Shown one piece after another: positions 36,431 through 47,108 of a stretch of 64,000 nucleotides of DNA (positions within the stretch are counted from its first letter, which is position 1; each line of letters opens with the position of its first letter). The translations under genes and the position numbers were made by a program. The stretch lies in NCBI GenBank assembly GCA_050115495.1, contig JASFQK010000010.1, positions 32,001-96,000 of the forward strand. The letters run 5' to 3'. The DNA is from Phycisphaerae bacterium. Lineage in GTDB: Bacteria; Planctomycetota; Phycisphaerae; UBA1845; Fen-1342. The notes under the pieces were generated by a model. It worked only from the letters and a program-made list of their open reading frames with translations. It made no database searches and was not told where the DNA came from.

Positions 36431-37258
36431 GTGGGTTTGATCATCCATGTCGACGGGGGCTCGCGGGGTAACCCGGGCCCGGCCGGCGCCGGCGTCCGCA
36501 TCGCCGCCGCCGACGGCACGCTGATCTTTGAGGGGGCGTATTACCTCGGTCGCCAGACGAACAACGCCGCCGAGTACCACGCCGTCATCCGCGCCCTGAC
36601 GCGGGCGCAGCAGTGCGGGGACCCGCAGCTCACGGTGTTCTCGGATAGCGAGCTGCTCGTGCGGCAGATCACGGGGGAATACGAGGTCAAGAGTCCGAAT
36701 CTCATCCAGCTCTACCGGCAGGTGCAATTGCTCCTGCTGCGCGTGCCAAACTGGAGCTTCCGGCACGTTCGGCGGGAGGAGAACACGCGGGCGGACGAGC
36801 TGGCGAACCTGGCGATGGATCGGAAGCGCGACTCGGTCGTCTACGACGCCGCCGGCGAATCCGGGAACGGTTCCAGCTCGGATGCCGAGGCGTCGGTGGA
36901 CGACGACGATGTACCGGCGCCGGCGTCTGAAGACGTGTCCGATAACGACATCATTGGGCCGGAAGAGCGGGCCGTGAGCATTACGGTTGCCCGGTCGCCG
37001 AAGGCGGGGGCCTGTCCGGCGGGGCTGGGCAAGGGCGAGTTCGTGGTGCAGGCGACGCTGCCGGCGGGGATGTGCGTGCACGCTGCCCACGCCCTGTTGC
37101 CGACGGTGTTGGCCATTCTCAATACGGACGCCGAGGAGTTCGCCGCCGTCCCGACGATGACGGTGCGCTGTGGCCGGCCGGGTTGCGGCGCGACGTTTCA
37201 AGTCTCGGCGGTCAGGTCGCCGAATGGGCGGGGACACCGAAAGCGCAGGAAGCCCTGA
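36431..37258 (+). CDS. rnhA: Ribonuclease HI with acidic linker and C-terminal Cys-rich domain
   Basis: VDGGSRGNPGPAGAG, TNNAAEY, DSELLVRQ..GEY and HVRREENTRADELANLAMD motifs. Confidence 0.92.
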   Translation: MGLIIHVDGGSRGNPGPAGAGVRIAAADGTLIFEGAYYLGRQTNNAAEYHAVIRALTRAQQCGDPQLTVFSDSELLVRQITGEYEVKSPNLIQLYRQVQLLLLRVPNWSFRHVRREENTRADELANLAMDRKRDSVVYDAAGESGNGSSSDAEASVDDDDVPAPASEDVSDNDIIGPEERAVSITVARSPKAGACPAGLGKGEFVVQATLPAGMCVHAAHALLPTVLAILNTDAEEFAAVPTMTVRCGRPGCGATFQVSAVRSPNGRGHRKRRKP

Positions 37259-37260
37259 GC

Positions 37261-37821
37261 TTACTTCGTCCAGCCGCCGGCGCGTTGGGCCAGTTGCTTG
37301 ATGTGCCGCTCGACGGACGCCTGGACCTCGGCCATGGCGGCGGCGGCGTGGTCCCATCCCTCGGACTGGATTTCCACTCCTTCGAGCTGCTTGTACGTCA
37401 GGAAGAAGTGCTCGACCTCGCGCAGGTAGTGCTTGGGCACATCGGCCAGGTCGCGGACGTGCTCGAAGAGCGGGTCGGAGTTGGGCACGCCGAGGATCTT
37501 GTAGTCGTTGACGCCGCGGTCCTTCATGCGGAACAGACCGACGACGTGGGTCTCGATGAGGCAGCCGCTGAAGGTCGGCTCGTTGACCATGACGATGACG
37601 TCGAGGGGGTCGCCGTCCTCGGCGAGCGTTTGGGGGATGAAGCCGTAATCGCCGGGATAGTGGCTGGAGGAATAGAGGTAGCGGTCGAGACGCATCAGGC
37701 CGGTGACCTTGTCGACCTCGAACTTGCTGCGGCGACCCTTGGGGATCTCGACGATGGTATTGACGACTTCCGGCGGTCTGGCGCCGGCGGGAACATGCAT
37801 GTAGGGGGCGCGATCGGGCAT
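37261..37821 (-). CDS. ppa: Inorganic pyrophosphatase (family I)
   Basis: EIPKG..KFE, LDRYL, YPGDYGFIPQTLAEDGDPLD and HFFLTYKQLE motifs. Confidence 0.96.
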   Translation of the reverse strand: MPDRAPYMHVPAGARPPEVVNTIVEIPKGRRSKFEVDKVTGLMRLDRYLYSSSHYPGDYGFIPQTLAEDGDPLDVIVMVNEPTFSGCLIETHVVGLFRMKDRGVNDYKILGVPNSDPLFEHVRDLADVPKHYLREVEHFFLTYKQLEGVEIQSEGWDHAAAAMAEVQASVERHIKQLAQRAGGWTK

Positions 37822-38061
37822 CGGCGCGGTTCTCCCGGGCTCGCTATGCATCGAGGCTAGGAGCCGGACCGCAGGCTGTCAAATCGGTCCGCCAGCATGG
37901 CCTCCACGGCGCTCTCGCGGGCCCGTACCGGGCCCCGCGTGCCAGCCGTTCACTTCTTCATTACAATGCTTCCCTTCCGTGCCACGCCCCGGACGCGGCG
38001 ATCCGAGGGCACACTCCGGTGCGGGGACAAGCTCAGTTACGCCGGCTGGAAAGGAACAACC

Positions 38062-39624
38062 ATGGCAGTCGTATTGGACGGGAACTCGCTCTCGATCGAC
38101 AAGGTAATCGCGGTGGCCCGGGAGTGGGCTCCGGTCAGCATATCCCCCGAGGCCCGCGAGCGCGTGCAGCGCTCCCGGGCACTGCTGGAGAAGCTCGTCG
38201 CCGAGGATGTGGCCATTTACGGCGTAACGACCGGCATTGGCGAACTCGCCCGCGTCCGCATCTCCCCCGAACAGAGCGCCGAGCTCAGCCGGCGGATCGT
38301 GTACAGCCATTCCGCCGGCACCGGCGACCCGTTCCCGGAGGATTCCGTACGGGCGGCCATGCTCCTGCGGGCCAACGTGCTGTCCAAGGGCTGCTCCGGC
38401 GTGCGCGTGCAGCTCATCGAGACCGTCCTCGACATGATCAACAAGGGCGTCGTGCCGTACATCAACGAGAAGGGCTCGCTCGGCGTCAGCGGCGACCTGT
38501 CGCCGATGTCGCAGTTCGCCGAGGTCGCGCTTGGCGAAGGCCGGGCTTTCTACAAGGGCGAGCTCATGACCGGCGCCGACGCCATGAAGCGCGCCGGCGT
38601 CAAACCGACCAACCTGACGTACAAGGAGGGGCTCGGGCTCATCAACGGCTCGCAGATGATGACTGGCGGGGCGGCGCTGCTGTGCTACGACGCCGAACGC
38701 GTCATCAAGAACGCCGTGATCGCCGCGGCCATGACCTTGGATGCCCTGCGGGCGGTCGAGCGGGCGTTCGATCCGACCGTGCATCGCGCCCGCGGCTTCG
38801 CCGGGCAGTGCGCCGTCGCCGCTAACCTGCTGCGTCTGTTCGAGGGCAGCGAGATCATGGCGGACAAGACGGGCAAGGTGCAGGACGGCTACAGCATGCG
38901 GTGCACGCCGCAGGCGCAGGGCCCGACGCTCGAAGTGCTGGAGTACGTGCGGAACGTCGTGCACACGGAGATGAACGCCGCCGCCGACAACCCGCTGTTC
39001 TTCCCCGATGAGGGCAAGTACTTCGCCGCCGGCAACTTCCACGGTCAGCCGGTGGGCATGGCGGTCGACTTCCTGTGCATCGGCCTGGCGGAGCTGGCGG
39101 ATCTGTCCGAGCGGCACACGAACCGCATGCTCAACCCCGTGCTGTCCGGCCTGCCCGACTTCCTCATCGAGGGCAACGGGCTCAACTCAGGCCTGATGGT
39201 CGCCCAGTACACCGCCGCGGCGCTGGTCTCCGAGAACAAGGTGCTCTCGCACCCGGCGAGCGTGGACTCCATCAGCGTCTCGGCCGACCAGGAAGATCAT
39301 GTAAGCATGGGGCCGATCGCGGTGCGGAAGTGTGGCGAGATTCTGCGGAACGTCCGGGCCGTGCTGGCGATCGAGATGATGGCCGCGGCGCAGGCCATGG
39401 ACTTCTACGGCGGCAAGCGGCCGGGGCGGGGCACTGCGGTCGCGTACAAGCTGATCCGCGAGAAGGTGCCGTTCATGAAGGACGACCGGGTGATGTACCC
39501 GGACATCGAGGCGATCCGCCAGCTCATCGCGTCGAACAAGATCGTCGAGGCAGTTGAGGCGGAGATCGGCCCGTTGCAGATGGCCCGCGACCTGGACTTG
39601 CCGCGGCCGAACGTCGGGCAGTAG
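38062..39624 (+). CDS. hutH: Histidine ammonia-lyase-family (aromatic amino acid lyase) protein
   Basis: YGVTTG, YSH, GSLGVSGDL, KEGLGLING, QDGYSMRC, GNFHGQP and QEDHVSMG motifs; AAAGGA RBS. Confidence 0.85.
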   Translation: MAVVLDGNSLSIDKVIAVAREWAPVSISPEARERVQRSRALLEKLVAEDVAIYGVTTGIGELARVRISPEQSAELSRRIVYSHSAGTGDPFPEDSVRAAMLLRANVLSKGCSGVRVQLIETVLDMINKGVVPYINEKGSLGVSGDLSPMSQFAEVALGEGRAFYKGELMTGADAMKRAGVKPTNLTYKEGLGLINGSQMMTGGAALLCYDAERVIKNAVIAAAMTLDALRAVERAFDPTVHRARGFAGQCAVAANLLRLFEGSEIMADKTGKVQDGYSMRCTPQAQGPTLEVLEYVRNVVHTEMNAAADNPLFFPDEGKYFAAGNFHGQPVGMAVDFLCIGLAELADLSERHTNRMLNPVLSGLPDFLIEGNGLNSGLMVAQYTAAALVSENKVLSHPASVDSISVSADQEDHVSMGPIAVRKCGEILRNVRAVLAIEMMAAAQAMDFYGGKRPGRGTAVAYKLIREKVPFMKDDRVMYPDIEAIRQLIASNKIVEAVEAEIGPLQMARDLDLPRPNVGQ

Positions 39625-39630
39625 CAGAAT

Positions 39631-39720
39631 GTGGCACCGGCGCTCAGTGGCCGGTGTTGACGTCGAGGAAGGGGACTGGCTCCGCAGTGCGAAGCGCTCG
39701 CGGTGCTGGTCCCCTCCTTC
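39631..39720. repeat. Two REP-like palindromes between convergent genes
   Basis: GTGG-CACCGGC...GCCGGTG, and GGAAGGGGACTGGC...GCTGGTCCCCTCC stem. Confidence 0.5.
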
Positions 39721-39723
39721 GCG

Positions 39724-41172
39724 CTAGCGCACCCAGCGGCCTTCCCACATGCTGGCGGCGTTGAAAACGTTCAGGCTGGCGCCGTCGCTGATCATGAGGA
39801 TGATGTTCCTGGCACCGCTGTTGCGCATGATTGTGAAGATGTCCGTGTTGTCGAGGTAGCGATCGATCCCCCAGTGGACCCGGGCGGTCTCGTCAGTGCC
39901 GTCGAGCAGCTTCGCCGCGGCGGCAGCGCCGGCACCACGGATGTAGAAGGGCACGAGGCAGTGCGTGTGGCCGCCGGAGTAGTGCCGCATGCCGGGCAGG
40001 TGACCTTCACCTTGATCGACGATGTCGTCAAACGGGACGGTGTCGGCGTTCGGTCCCCAAACCATGCCGCAATCGTGGTCGGACGTGACGATCACGAGCG
40101 TCTCGTCCCAATTGCTGTGGGTCTCGACCCACTTGCACACCGCTTCGACCGCACGGTTGAAGTCCATTTGCTCTTCGATCATGCGTGCCGGCTGTCTGGC
40201 GTGGTTGGCCCAGTCCACGGCGCCGCCCTCGATGAGCAGGAAGAAGCCGTCTTCGTCGGCATCGAGGATGTTCAGGGCGCCGCGCGTCATGAGTGCGAGC
40301 GTCGGTACACCTTCGTTCAGCGGGTCACCCTGTGAACCGCGGCTCGGGTCGTGGACCGGCGAAGAGCGGGCGTCGTCACCGTCGATCTTCCCGTCGCCGT
40401 TCCAGTCGGCCGTGGGTGTGCGGCGTCCCTGCAGCGTGTCGCTGACCTGCGGGCAGCCGAGGAAGTGGCCGGTGGGATCGCCGGTGGTCAGGGCCTGGAA
40501 CTCGGCGAGGGTCTGGCGGAGCTGCCAGCGGCCGGGGTGCGTGCCGGCTTTGAGCTGTGCCCAGGTATCGGCGCCGCCGACGTACTTGGGGTCGCGCTCG
40601 GCGGGGTGGCCGTCGTTGTCGAAGCCCGGGTTGCCGCAGCCCATGATGACGTCGAGGACGTCGCCGTTGAGCATTTCGTTGGCGATGGCTTCGTAGTTGC
40701 CGCGTTTGACGTTGTGCGCGTTGGACATGCCGGCCGGCGTGGCGTGGCTCCACCACACGGTAGAGATCGTCCCGGTTGCCTTGCCCACGCTGCGGGCCCA
40801 CTCGACGATGGTCGGCTTGATGGCCTCGTCCTTGTCGCTCCAGTTGATCGCGCCGACGTAGGTCTTCTGACCGGTGGCCATGGCCGTGATGGCCGCCGCG
40901 GAGTCGGTGCAGCCGGACTTGAGCCATTCGTAACCGCGGAAGCCGGACTCCGTCGGCGTCGCGTCCCAGGCCAACGCCGGGTCGTACACGACGGCTGGAT
41001 CCTGCGTGCCCTTGCCACTCGGTTTGCTCGACGGGTTCAGTGGGTACGTCGTGCAGCCGTACCTGACCCAGCCGGGGCCGTCGTACACCTGTGTGCTGTG
41101 ACCGCCGGCCAGGGCGGTTGCGGTGATGGCGGATACGGTTAACAGGACGAGGGCGGCAGTGGTACGGTTCAC
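39724..41172 (-). CDS. phoA: Secreted alkaline phosphatase (PhoA family), circularly permuted
   Basis: Signal peptide; TDSAAAITAMATG (catalytic Ser); SHATPA; EGGAVDWANH; TSDHDCG; GHT; NTDIF; NIILMISDG at the C-terminus. Confidence 0.9.
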   Translation of the reverse strand: MNRTTAALVLLTVSAITATALAGGHSTQVYDGPGWVRYGCTTYPLNPSSKPSGKGTQDPAVVYDPALAWDATPTESGFRGYEWLKSGCTDSAAAITAMATGQKTYVGAINWSDKDEAIKPTIVEWARSVGKATGTISTVWWSHATPAGMSNAHNVKRGNYEAIANEMLNGDVLDVIMGCGNPGFDNDGHPAERDPKYVGGADTWAQLKAGTHPGRWQLRQTLAEFQALTTGDPTGHFLGCPQVSDTLQGRRTPTADWNGDGKIDGDDARSSPVHDPSRGSQGDPLNEGVPTLALMTRGALNILDADEDGFFLLIEGGAVDWANHARQPARMIEEQMDFNRAVEAVCKWVETHSNWDETLVIVTSDHDCGMVWGPNADTVPFDDIVDQGEGHLPGMRHYSGGHTHCLVPFYIRGAGAAAAAKLLDGTDETARVHWGIDRYLDNTDIFTIMRNSGARNIILMISDGASLNVFNAASMWEGRWVR

Positions 41173-41528
41173 GCTTCTGTCTCCGATCCTGGGTTCAGCC
41201 GCGGTGCGTGTCGGCGGTCGTGGCGGTTACGCCGTGCTCGCCCGAAGCACTGAGGCTGCGTCGGTTCTCACTGAGTGAACCTGCCCCGCACTGGTCACCT
41301 CAACCGGCAAACCACGTCCGGCGGCCAGCCCGCGCGTTGCGGCCGGCCGCACCAGGTCACCGGGCAGAACCATATAGATACGTCGAGGTTGTTTCAAGCA
41401 CATCAAGCCGCCGCGAAAGCCCCGCCAAGATCGTGTTGCCGTTGACCGCCGTCGCCGTCAGCGCGGCGCCGGAACGTCCATCCGGCTTGTACCGCAGAGC
41501 GGGCCCGCAACCGTCGGCGTGAGGCCGA

Positions 41529-42545
<1,017 letters not shown>

Positions 42546-42591
42546 CTATGGAGCCGTCGGTCGAAAGGGGCCCCGCGGGCCGCGACGGCTG

Positions 42592-43884
42592 TTACTGCGG
42601 ATGGAGGACGAGGCTCTCGCGCTCGACCTCGTAGATGCCCGAATACGTGTTCTCCAGCGGCTCTTCGCGCGCGAACTCGCAGACGACCAGGCCGGTCTCG
42701 CCCATGCGGCGGGCGAAATCGAGGGCCAGCGACACGGCGTCGTCGCGGTCGCGGGCGACGACCTGGTAGCTGCGTTGGAAGCGCGTGACGGGGGCGCCGC
42801 GGGTGGCGCCGGGCTCGTGGATCTCGCAGAGGCCGTCCCGGTGGTTGGCTTCGACCACGAGGCTGAACCAGTAGCCGTGGCGCAGGTAGCGGCCGGTCAA
42901 TTCGCGGTAGGCCTCGCACAACTCGACCGTGCAGGCGTTGGCGTGATAGGCGCGGTGCAGCAAGTGCTCGCCCTGCAAGCGCATCTTCCGCCGGGCGAAG
43001 AAGTCCATGGCCATCTCGAAGACGTAGGAGGCTTCGGAGAAGCCGGACTCGTTCGTGCCGCGGACGGCCTTGGCGTAGCAGCGCTGGGCGGCGCGCAGGT
43101 TGCCCTTCTCCTCGTGGATGAAAGCCGCCAGCAGCAGGGCGCGGCTTGATTCGCCGTCCACCTCACGTAGCCGGTCGAGCTGCCTCTCGGCCAGCGGGAT
43201 CTGTCCGGCCCGTACGGCCGACACTCCCCAGTTCAGGCGCAGCGAGGCTGAGTCCGGCTGGATTTCCTCGGCCCACCGATAGCAGGCGAAGGCCTCGTCG
43301 TACTCGTCGTCATCGCTGTACAGGATGGCCAGGGCGATCCACTGTTCGGCGTCTTCCGGGGCCAGCGACAGGTAGCGCTTCAGCGTGCTCTTGGCGGCGG
43401 CAGTGTCGCCGGACTCGCTCAGTGCCGCTGCCTTGCGTTGCAGGGCCCAGTCGAGGTCGGCGCCGAGTTCGAGGGCACGGTCGTAGAGGCGGATGGCGGT
43501 GGCGTAATCGCGCAGGCGCTCGTAGACGAGGGCCAGGTTGGCCAGCAGCGACTCGTCCTCGGGGTCGAGCGAGACGGCGGTTTCGAGTGCCTCGCGGGCT
43601 TGTTCGAGATCGTTCGTTCCCGACAGCACAACACCGAGAGCGCCGAACAGTCGCGCCGATTCGGGGTATTCCTCGATAAGCGGATCGAGCATGAGCAGGG
43701 CTTCCTCGGCCTGCCCGGTGTCCGCCAGGGCGTACGCGCGCAGGGCACCCCACTCGATGCGGTCGTCTGCGTCCACGAGCTCGCCTTCGACCTCGTTCAG
43801 ACAACGCAGGGTTTCCGCCGGGCGACCGGCCTCCAGCAGACGGTTTGCCCGCTCGAGAACGGCGTCTATGTCTTCGGGCTTCAT
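42592..43884 (-). CDS. Tetratricopeptide repeat protein
   Basis: Multiple TPR motifs (e.g. AIRLYDRALELG, YLSLAPEDAEQW) plus a C-terminal beta domain. Confidence 0.85.
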   Translation of the reverse strand: MKPEDIDAVLERANRLLEAGRPAETLRCLNEVEGELVDADDRIEWGALRAYALADTGQAEEALLMLDPLIEEYPESARLFGALGVVLSGTNDLEQAREALETAVSLDPEDESLLANLALVYERLRDYATAIRLYDRALELGADLDWALQRKAAALSESGDTAAAKSTLKRYLSLAPEDAEQWIALAILYSDDDEYDEAFACYRWAEEIQPDSASLRLNWGVSAVRAGQIPLAERQLDRLREVDGESSRALLLAAFIHEEKGNLRAAQRCYAKAVRGTNESGFSEASYVFEMAMDFFARRKMRLQGEHLLHRAYHANACTVELCEAYRELTGRYLRHGYWFSLVVEANHRDGLCEIHEPGATRGAPVTRFQRSYQVVARDRDDAVSLALDFARRMGETGLVVCEFAREEPLENTYSGIYEVERESLVLHPQ

Positions 43885-44027
43885 GCAGTGCCTCTTGCCG
43901 AGCAAACGGCCGCGCGTCCGCGGCCGGGGGTTTCACACCCTGTATAGTATATCCGAGATCGCCCGGGGGGTCGTCCAGGGGGCTCCGGCGGTTGCGGCGT
44001 GTCGCCGTCTGGCGGATCATGGCGCCC

Positions 44028-44702
44028 ATGAGCACGCTTCTGGAATCCGTCCGGCCTCCCCATATCCGGGCGTCGGCGACGCAGAGACGATTGAACTGCC
44101 CACGTACGCTGTTGCGCTACGCGCTCGTCGCAATGACGGCGTCGCTCGCCGGCGGCTGCGCCAACTGGAGCTACGACCGCGTGCGGTTGGGCATGACGCA
44201 GAGCGAATGCGAGCGCCAGTTGCCGGCGGAATCGCTCTGGCGCACGGAGCTCGGCTTCTGTCATCGGACGACTGACATCGCCGGCCGCACCGATGCCCTG
44301 GTGATTCTGCTCGGACGCGATCAGCGTGTGGCCGGCAAGCTGCAAGCAACGCGCTATCCGTCGCAGCAGCGCTGGGGGCCCGAACGCGGATTCCTGCTGC
44401 GCGGCGAGATTGACCCGGTCGCGACGGGGCTGGAGGCGACGGGGCCGGTGGATGCGCTGCGCGCGGTGGCGGCCGATTTGGCGGATTATCAAGGGGCCAA
44501 GCCGGCGCTGGACGCACACGCCCTGGTCGCCGCGGGCCTGGTGCGGCTGGTCGAGCGCTGGCCGCACGTCGGGCCGGCGGGGGCGAGCTTCCCGCGTCTG
44601 GCGGAAGCGCTGGACGTCGTGCCGGGCGGCGGCGAAGGGCTCCTGCGCGTGGATGCCCGCGGGATCTACTTCTTCGAGTATCGGCAGCCGATCGCCCCCT
44701 GA
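44028..44702 (+). CDS. Putative lipoprotein (start uncertain, possibly TTG 44091)
   Basis: LAGGC lipobox followed by YDRVRLGM, a BamE/SmpA-like opening. Confidence 0.6.
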   Translation: MSTLLESVRPPHIRASATQRRLNCPRTLLRYALVAMTASLAGGCANWSYDRVRLGMTQSECERQLPAESLWRTELGFCHRTTDIAGRTDALVILLGRDQRVAGKLQATRYPSQQRWGPERGFLLRGEIDPVATGLEATGPVDALRAVAADLADYQGAKPALDAHALVAAGLVRLVERWPHVGPAGASFPRLAEALDVVPGGGEGLLRVDARGIYFFEYRQPIAP

Positions 44703-44788
44703 GGGCCCTTGTTGCTGCCGAGACGCTCGGCGAGGGATTGCCCCGCGGCAGTATAATGGTGTGCCAGAGACGCTAGCCGGACGGGCGG

Positions 44789-45166
44789 ATGCGGCGTTTC
44801 GTCGACATAGCGGTGGATCGCTTGCGCACGCTTCAGGACCTGGGCGCGCAGACCGCCGTGTTCGTGCGCACCGACCGTCGACTGCGAATCCTGTTCATCC
44901 TGTCTGCGGTTGTCGTTCTGGTTCTGGTGGCCGGCTTTTATTGGACGTTCTTCGGTGGAGCCGAGGCGACACCGGCCGGCGATGCGGACGATGCGTGGCG
45001 GTATCTGGTCGTTTGCTCGAACTGCGGCTACCGGGAACGCTGTACCGAGCATCCGGCCCACCATCTCGAGCAGCGCCACGGAGCGCTCAAGTGTCCGAAG
45101 TGTGGCGAGTTCAAGGCGGCGTGGTACCGCCGCGGAGGTCAGGCACTGCCGCCCGGCGGCTGGTAG
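44789..45166 (+). CDS. Small membrane-anchored zinc-ribbon protein
   Basis: One TM helix, then CSNCG...CPKCG; TATAAT at 44752. Confidence 0.7.
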   Translation: MRRFVDIAVDRLRTLQDLGAQTAVFVRTDRRLRILFILSAVVVLVLVAGFYWTFFGGAEATPAGDADDAWRYLVVCSNCGYRERCTEHPAHHLEQRHGALKCPKCGEFKAAWYRRGGQALPPGGW

Positions 45167-45198
45167 GGGAGACCGGCGGGGCTGAACGGGAGAGGCCG

Positions 45199-46233
45199 AT
45201 GACATCGCCGACCCGCCGACTCGCATTCACGTTGATCGAGTTGCTCGTCGTCGTCGCCATTATCGCCCTGCTCATCGCCATTCTTCTGCCGAGCATGAGC
45301 CGGGCGCGCGAACAGGCCAAGCGGGCCTATTGCCTGTCGAATCTGCACAGCATCGGTTCGGCGGCCCTCTCCTACGCCAGCGAGGACTCCAAGGAACTCA
45401 TCATCCCCATCCATCAGATGATGGTCTCGCCGATGCCCGCCGACGATTACTGGCTCTGGCGGACGGCGATCTGGTTCAGCGCCGGCGGCCGGTCGGCGCC
45501 GCTGCCCTTCATGACCGACTCGGGGGCGAAGCCCCTGGACGACAGCAGCCGCTGGGCGGCGCATACCCGCCCGCTGAACCGCTACATCTACCACGACGTT
45601 CATCAGGCGGACGGCAAGGCGCTCAAGCTGTTTCAGTGTCCGTCGGATCGCGGCTATCCGGAACATGAGGACATCGACGATTCCCCGATAGAGAACTCCA
45701 ACCGGCCGTGCTACGACACACTCGGCAACAGCTATCGCGCCAGCCTGTACTGCTTCCTGCCGCCGCCCGGCGGTCCGTACACCGGCGCGTTTGCCATCGG
45801 GCCATGGGGACATCGCCTGTCCACGATCACGAGCCCGTCACAGGTGGCGGTCTTCGGCGAGCCCACGTTCTTCAACATGATCGGGATGGACAACGGCGTC
45901 GTGGATCCCGACCCGGTGCTGGCCACCGGCTGGCACCAGGGCTGGATGGTGGACAACCTGCTCTTCTGCGACGGCTCGGCTCGACCCACCCGCGCCGAGG
46001 GGCACGAGACCGTCGGCGAGGCGGTCGCCCGCCGCGAGATGGGCGTGGGCAGCAACTGGGATCTGATCTCGCGTGGGCCGGGCTGGCGGTTTGATCTGTG
46101 GCCAACACCCGGAGCGAAGATCTGGGCCCAGGACCCGAACGACCTGTTGTGGAACCCGCCCTACACGGCTTGGCCGAACGAACGCTGGCGGTACTGGCCG
46201 TTCAACGGGGCGCAGAACAACCTGCACGACTGA
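45199..46233 (+). CDS. Prepilin-type N-terminal cleavage/methylation domain protein (DUF1559 / H-X9-DG-like)
   Basis: [30 protein letters not shown]...CLSNL, FQCPSD and H...NLLFCDG motifs; GGGAGAGG RBS. Confidence 0.92.
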   Translation: MTSPTRRLAFTLIELLVVVAIIALLIAILLPSMSRAREQAKRAYCLSNLHSIGSAALSYASEDSKELIIPIHQMMVSPMPADDYWLWRTAIWFSAGGRSAPLPFMTDSGAKPLDDSSRWAAHTRPLNRYIYHDVHQADGKALKLFQCPSDRGYPEHEDIDDSPIENSNRPCYDTLGNSYRASLYCFLPPPGGPYTGAFAIGPWGHRLSTITSPSQVAVFGEPTFFNMIGMDNGVVDPDPVLATGWHQGWMVDNLLFCDGSARPTRAEGHETVGEAVARREMGVGSNWDLISRGPGWRFDLWPTPGAKIWAQDPNDLLWNPPYTAWPNERWRYWPFNGAQNNLHD

Positions 46234-46248
46234 CCGCGGCCGGGGGGA

Positions 46249-46764
46249 TCAGCGGAGACCTTCCACGTAACGGCTGGCGAGGTCGACGTACAGCTTCTTG
46301 AAGTGCGTCCACTGTTCCTTGAAATCGTCGGCGACGCGCTTGTCGAGCACTCGGGCGGGCGTGCCGACGGCGATGCAGTCTGGGGGGATCTCCTGCCGCT
46401 GGCGGACGACCGCCCCTTCGCCAACCACGGCCCACCGCCCGACGACGGCCCAGTCGGAAACGATCGAACCCATGCCGACGAGGGCGTAATCGCTCACGCT
46501 GGCATTGTGGATGATGGCGCCGTGCCCGACGGTGACCCATTCGCCCAGGGTGGTCTGCTCGCCGGGTCGAGCGTGGATGACGCAATTGTCCTCGACGCTG
46601 GAGTAAGCTCCGATAACTATGCGGCCATAGTCCCCGCGGATCCGGGCGCCGGGGCCGATCCAGCATCCCGGTCCGATCTGGACATCGCCCAGGACGTCGG
46701 CGGAGGGGTGCACGTACGTGCCGGCACCGAGGCTGGGCGTCTTGCCTTCAAACGTGTTGATCAT
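46249..46764 (-). CDS. Gamma carbonic anhydrase-family hexapeptide-repeat protein
   Basis: ADVLGDVQIG, RGD, EDNCVIH and VTVGHGAIIH (three His ligands). Confidence 0.9.
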   Translation of the reverse strand: MINTFEGKTPSLGAGTYVHPSADVLGDVQIGPGCWIGPGARIRGDYGRIVIGAYSSVEDNCVIHARPGEQTTLGEWVTVGHGAIIHNASVSDYALVGMGSIVSDWAVVGRWAVVGEGAVVRQRQEIPPDCIAVGTPARVLDKRVADDFKEQWTHFKKLYVDLASRYVEGLR

Positions 46765-46859
46765 GGTCTGCCTCGCGCGAACAGAAGCGGCGCAGCGCAC
46801 CTGCGCGGCTCGGGCACTATAGCGGATTGGCCGGGTGTGGGCGACGGTGGGGGGGGAGG

Positions 46860-47108
46860 TCAGCTCGGCGGGGCGACTTCCTCGACGGGCACGGCTTCTT
46901 CGGCTTCCTCGACGCTGTCGCCATTCTCGTCGTCCGATTCGCCCTTGACCGCCTTGGTGCGGGATTGGAGGAGGAGCTTGCCGTATTCGTCGAGCAGGGA
47001 CTCGCTTGATTCCTTGCAGCGCAGCACCGCGTGCAGCAGCACGAGGGCTCCGGTACAGGCGGCAACGAGCGTGGCGAACAGTGCGGCGGACACGGACGTC
47101 GTCCCCAT
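46860..47108 (-). CDS. Small single-TM protein with acidic tail
   Basis: Hydrophobic N-helix, E/D-rich C-terminus, GC3-rich codons. Confidence 0.55.
   Translation of the reverse strand: MGTTSVSAALFATLVAACTGALVLLHAVLRCKESSESLLDEYGKLLLQSRTKAVKGESDDENGDSVEEAEEAVPVEEVAPPS

Noticed and set aside
30932..41172. Possible phosphate regulon (porin, ppa, phosphatase)
   Set aside because: The genes are separated by unrelated loci and no Pho-box direct repeats were recognised
44326..45198. Apparent 635-aa prepilin-like protein
   Set aside because: The extension overlaps two better ORFs, and the prepilin motif must lie near the N-terminus (start 45199)
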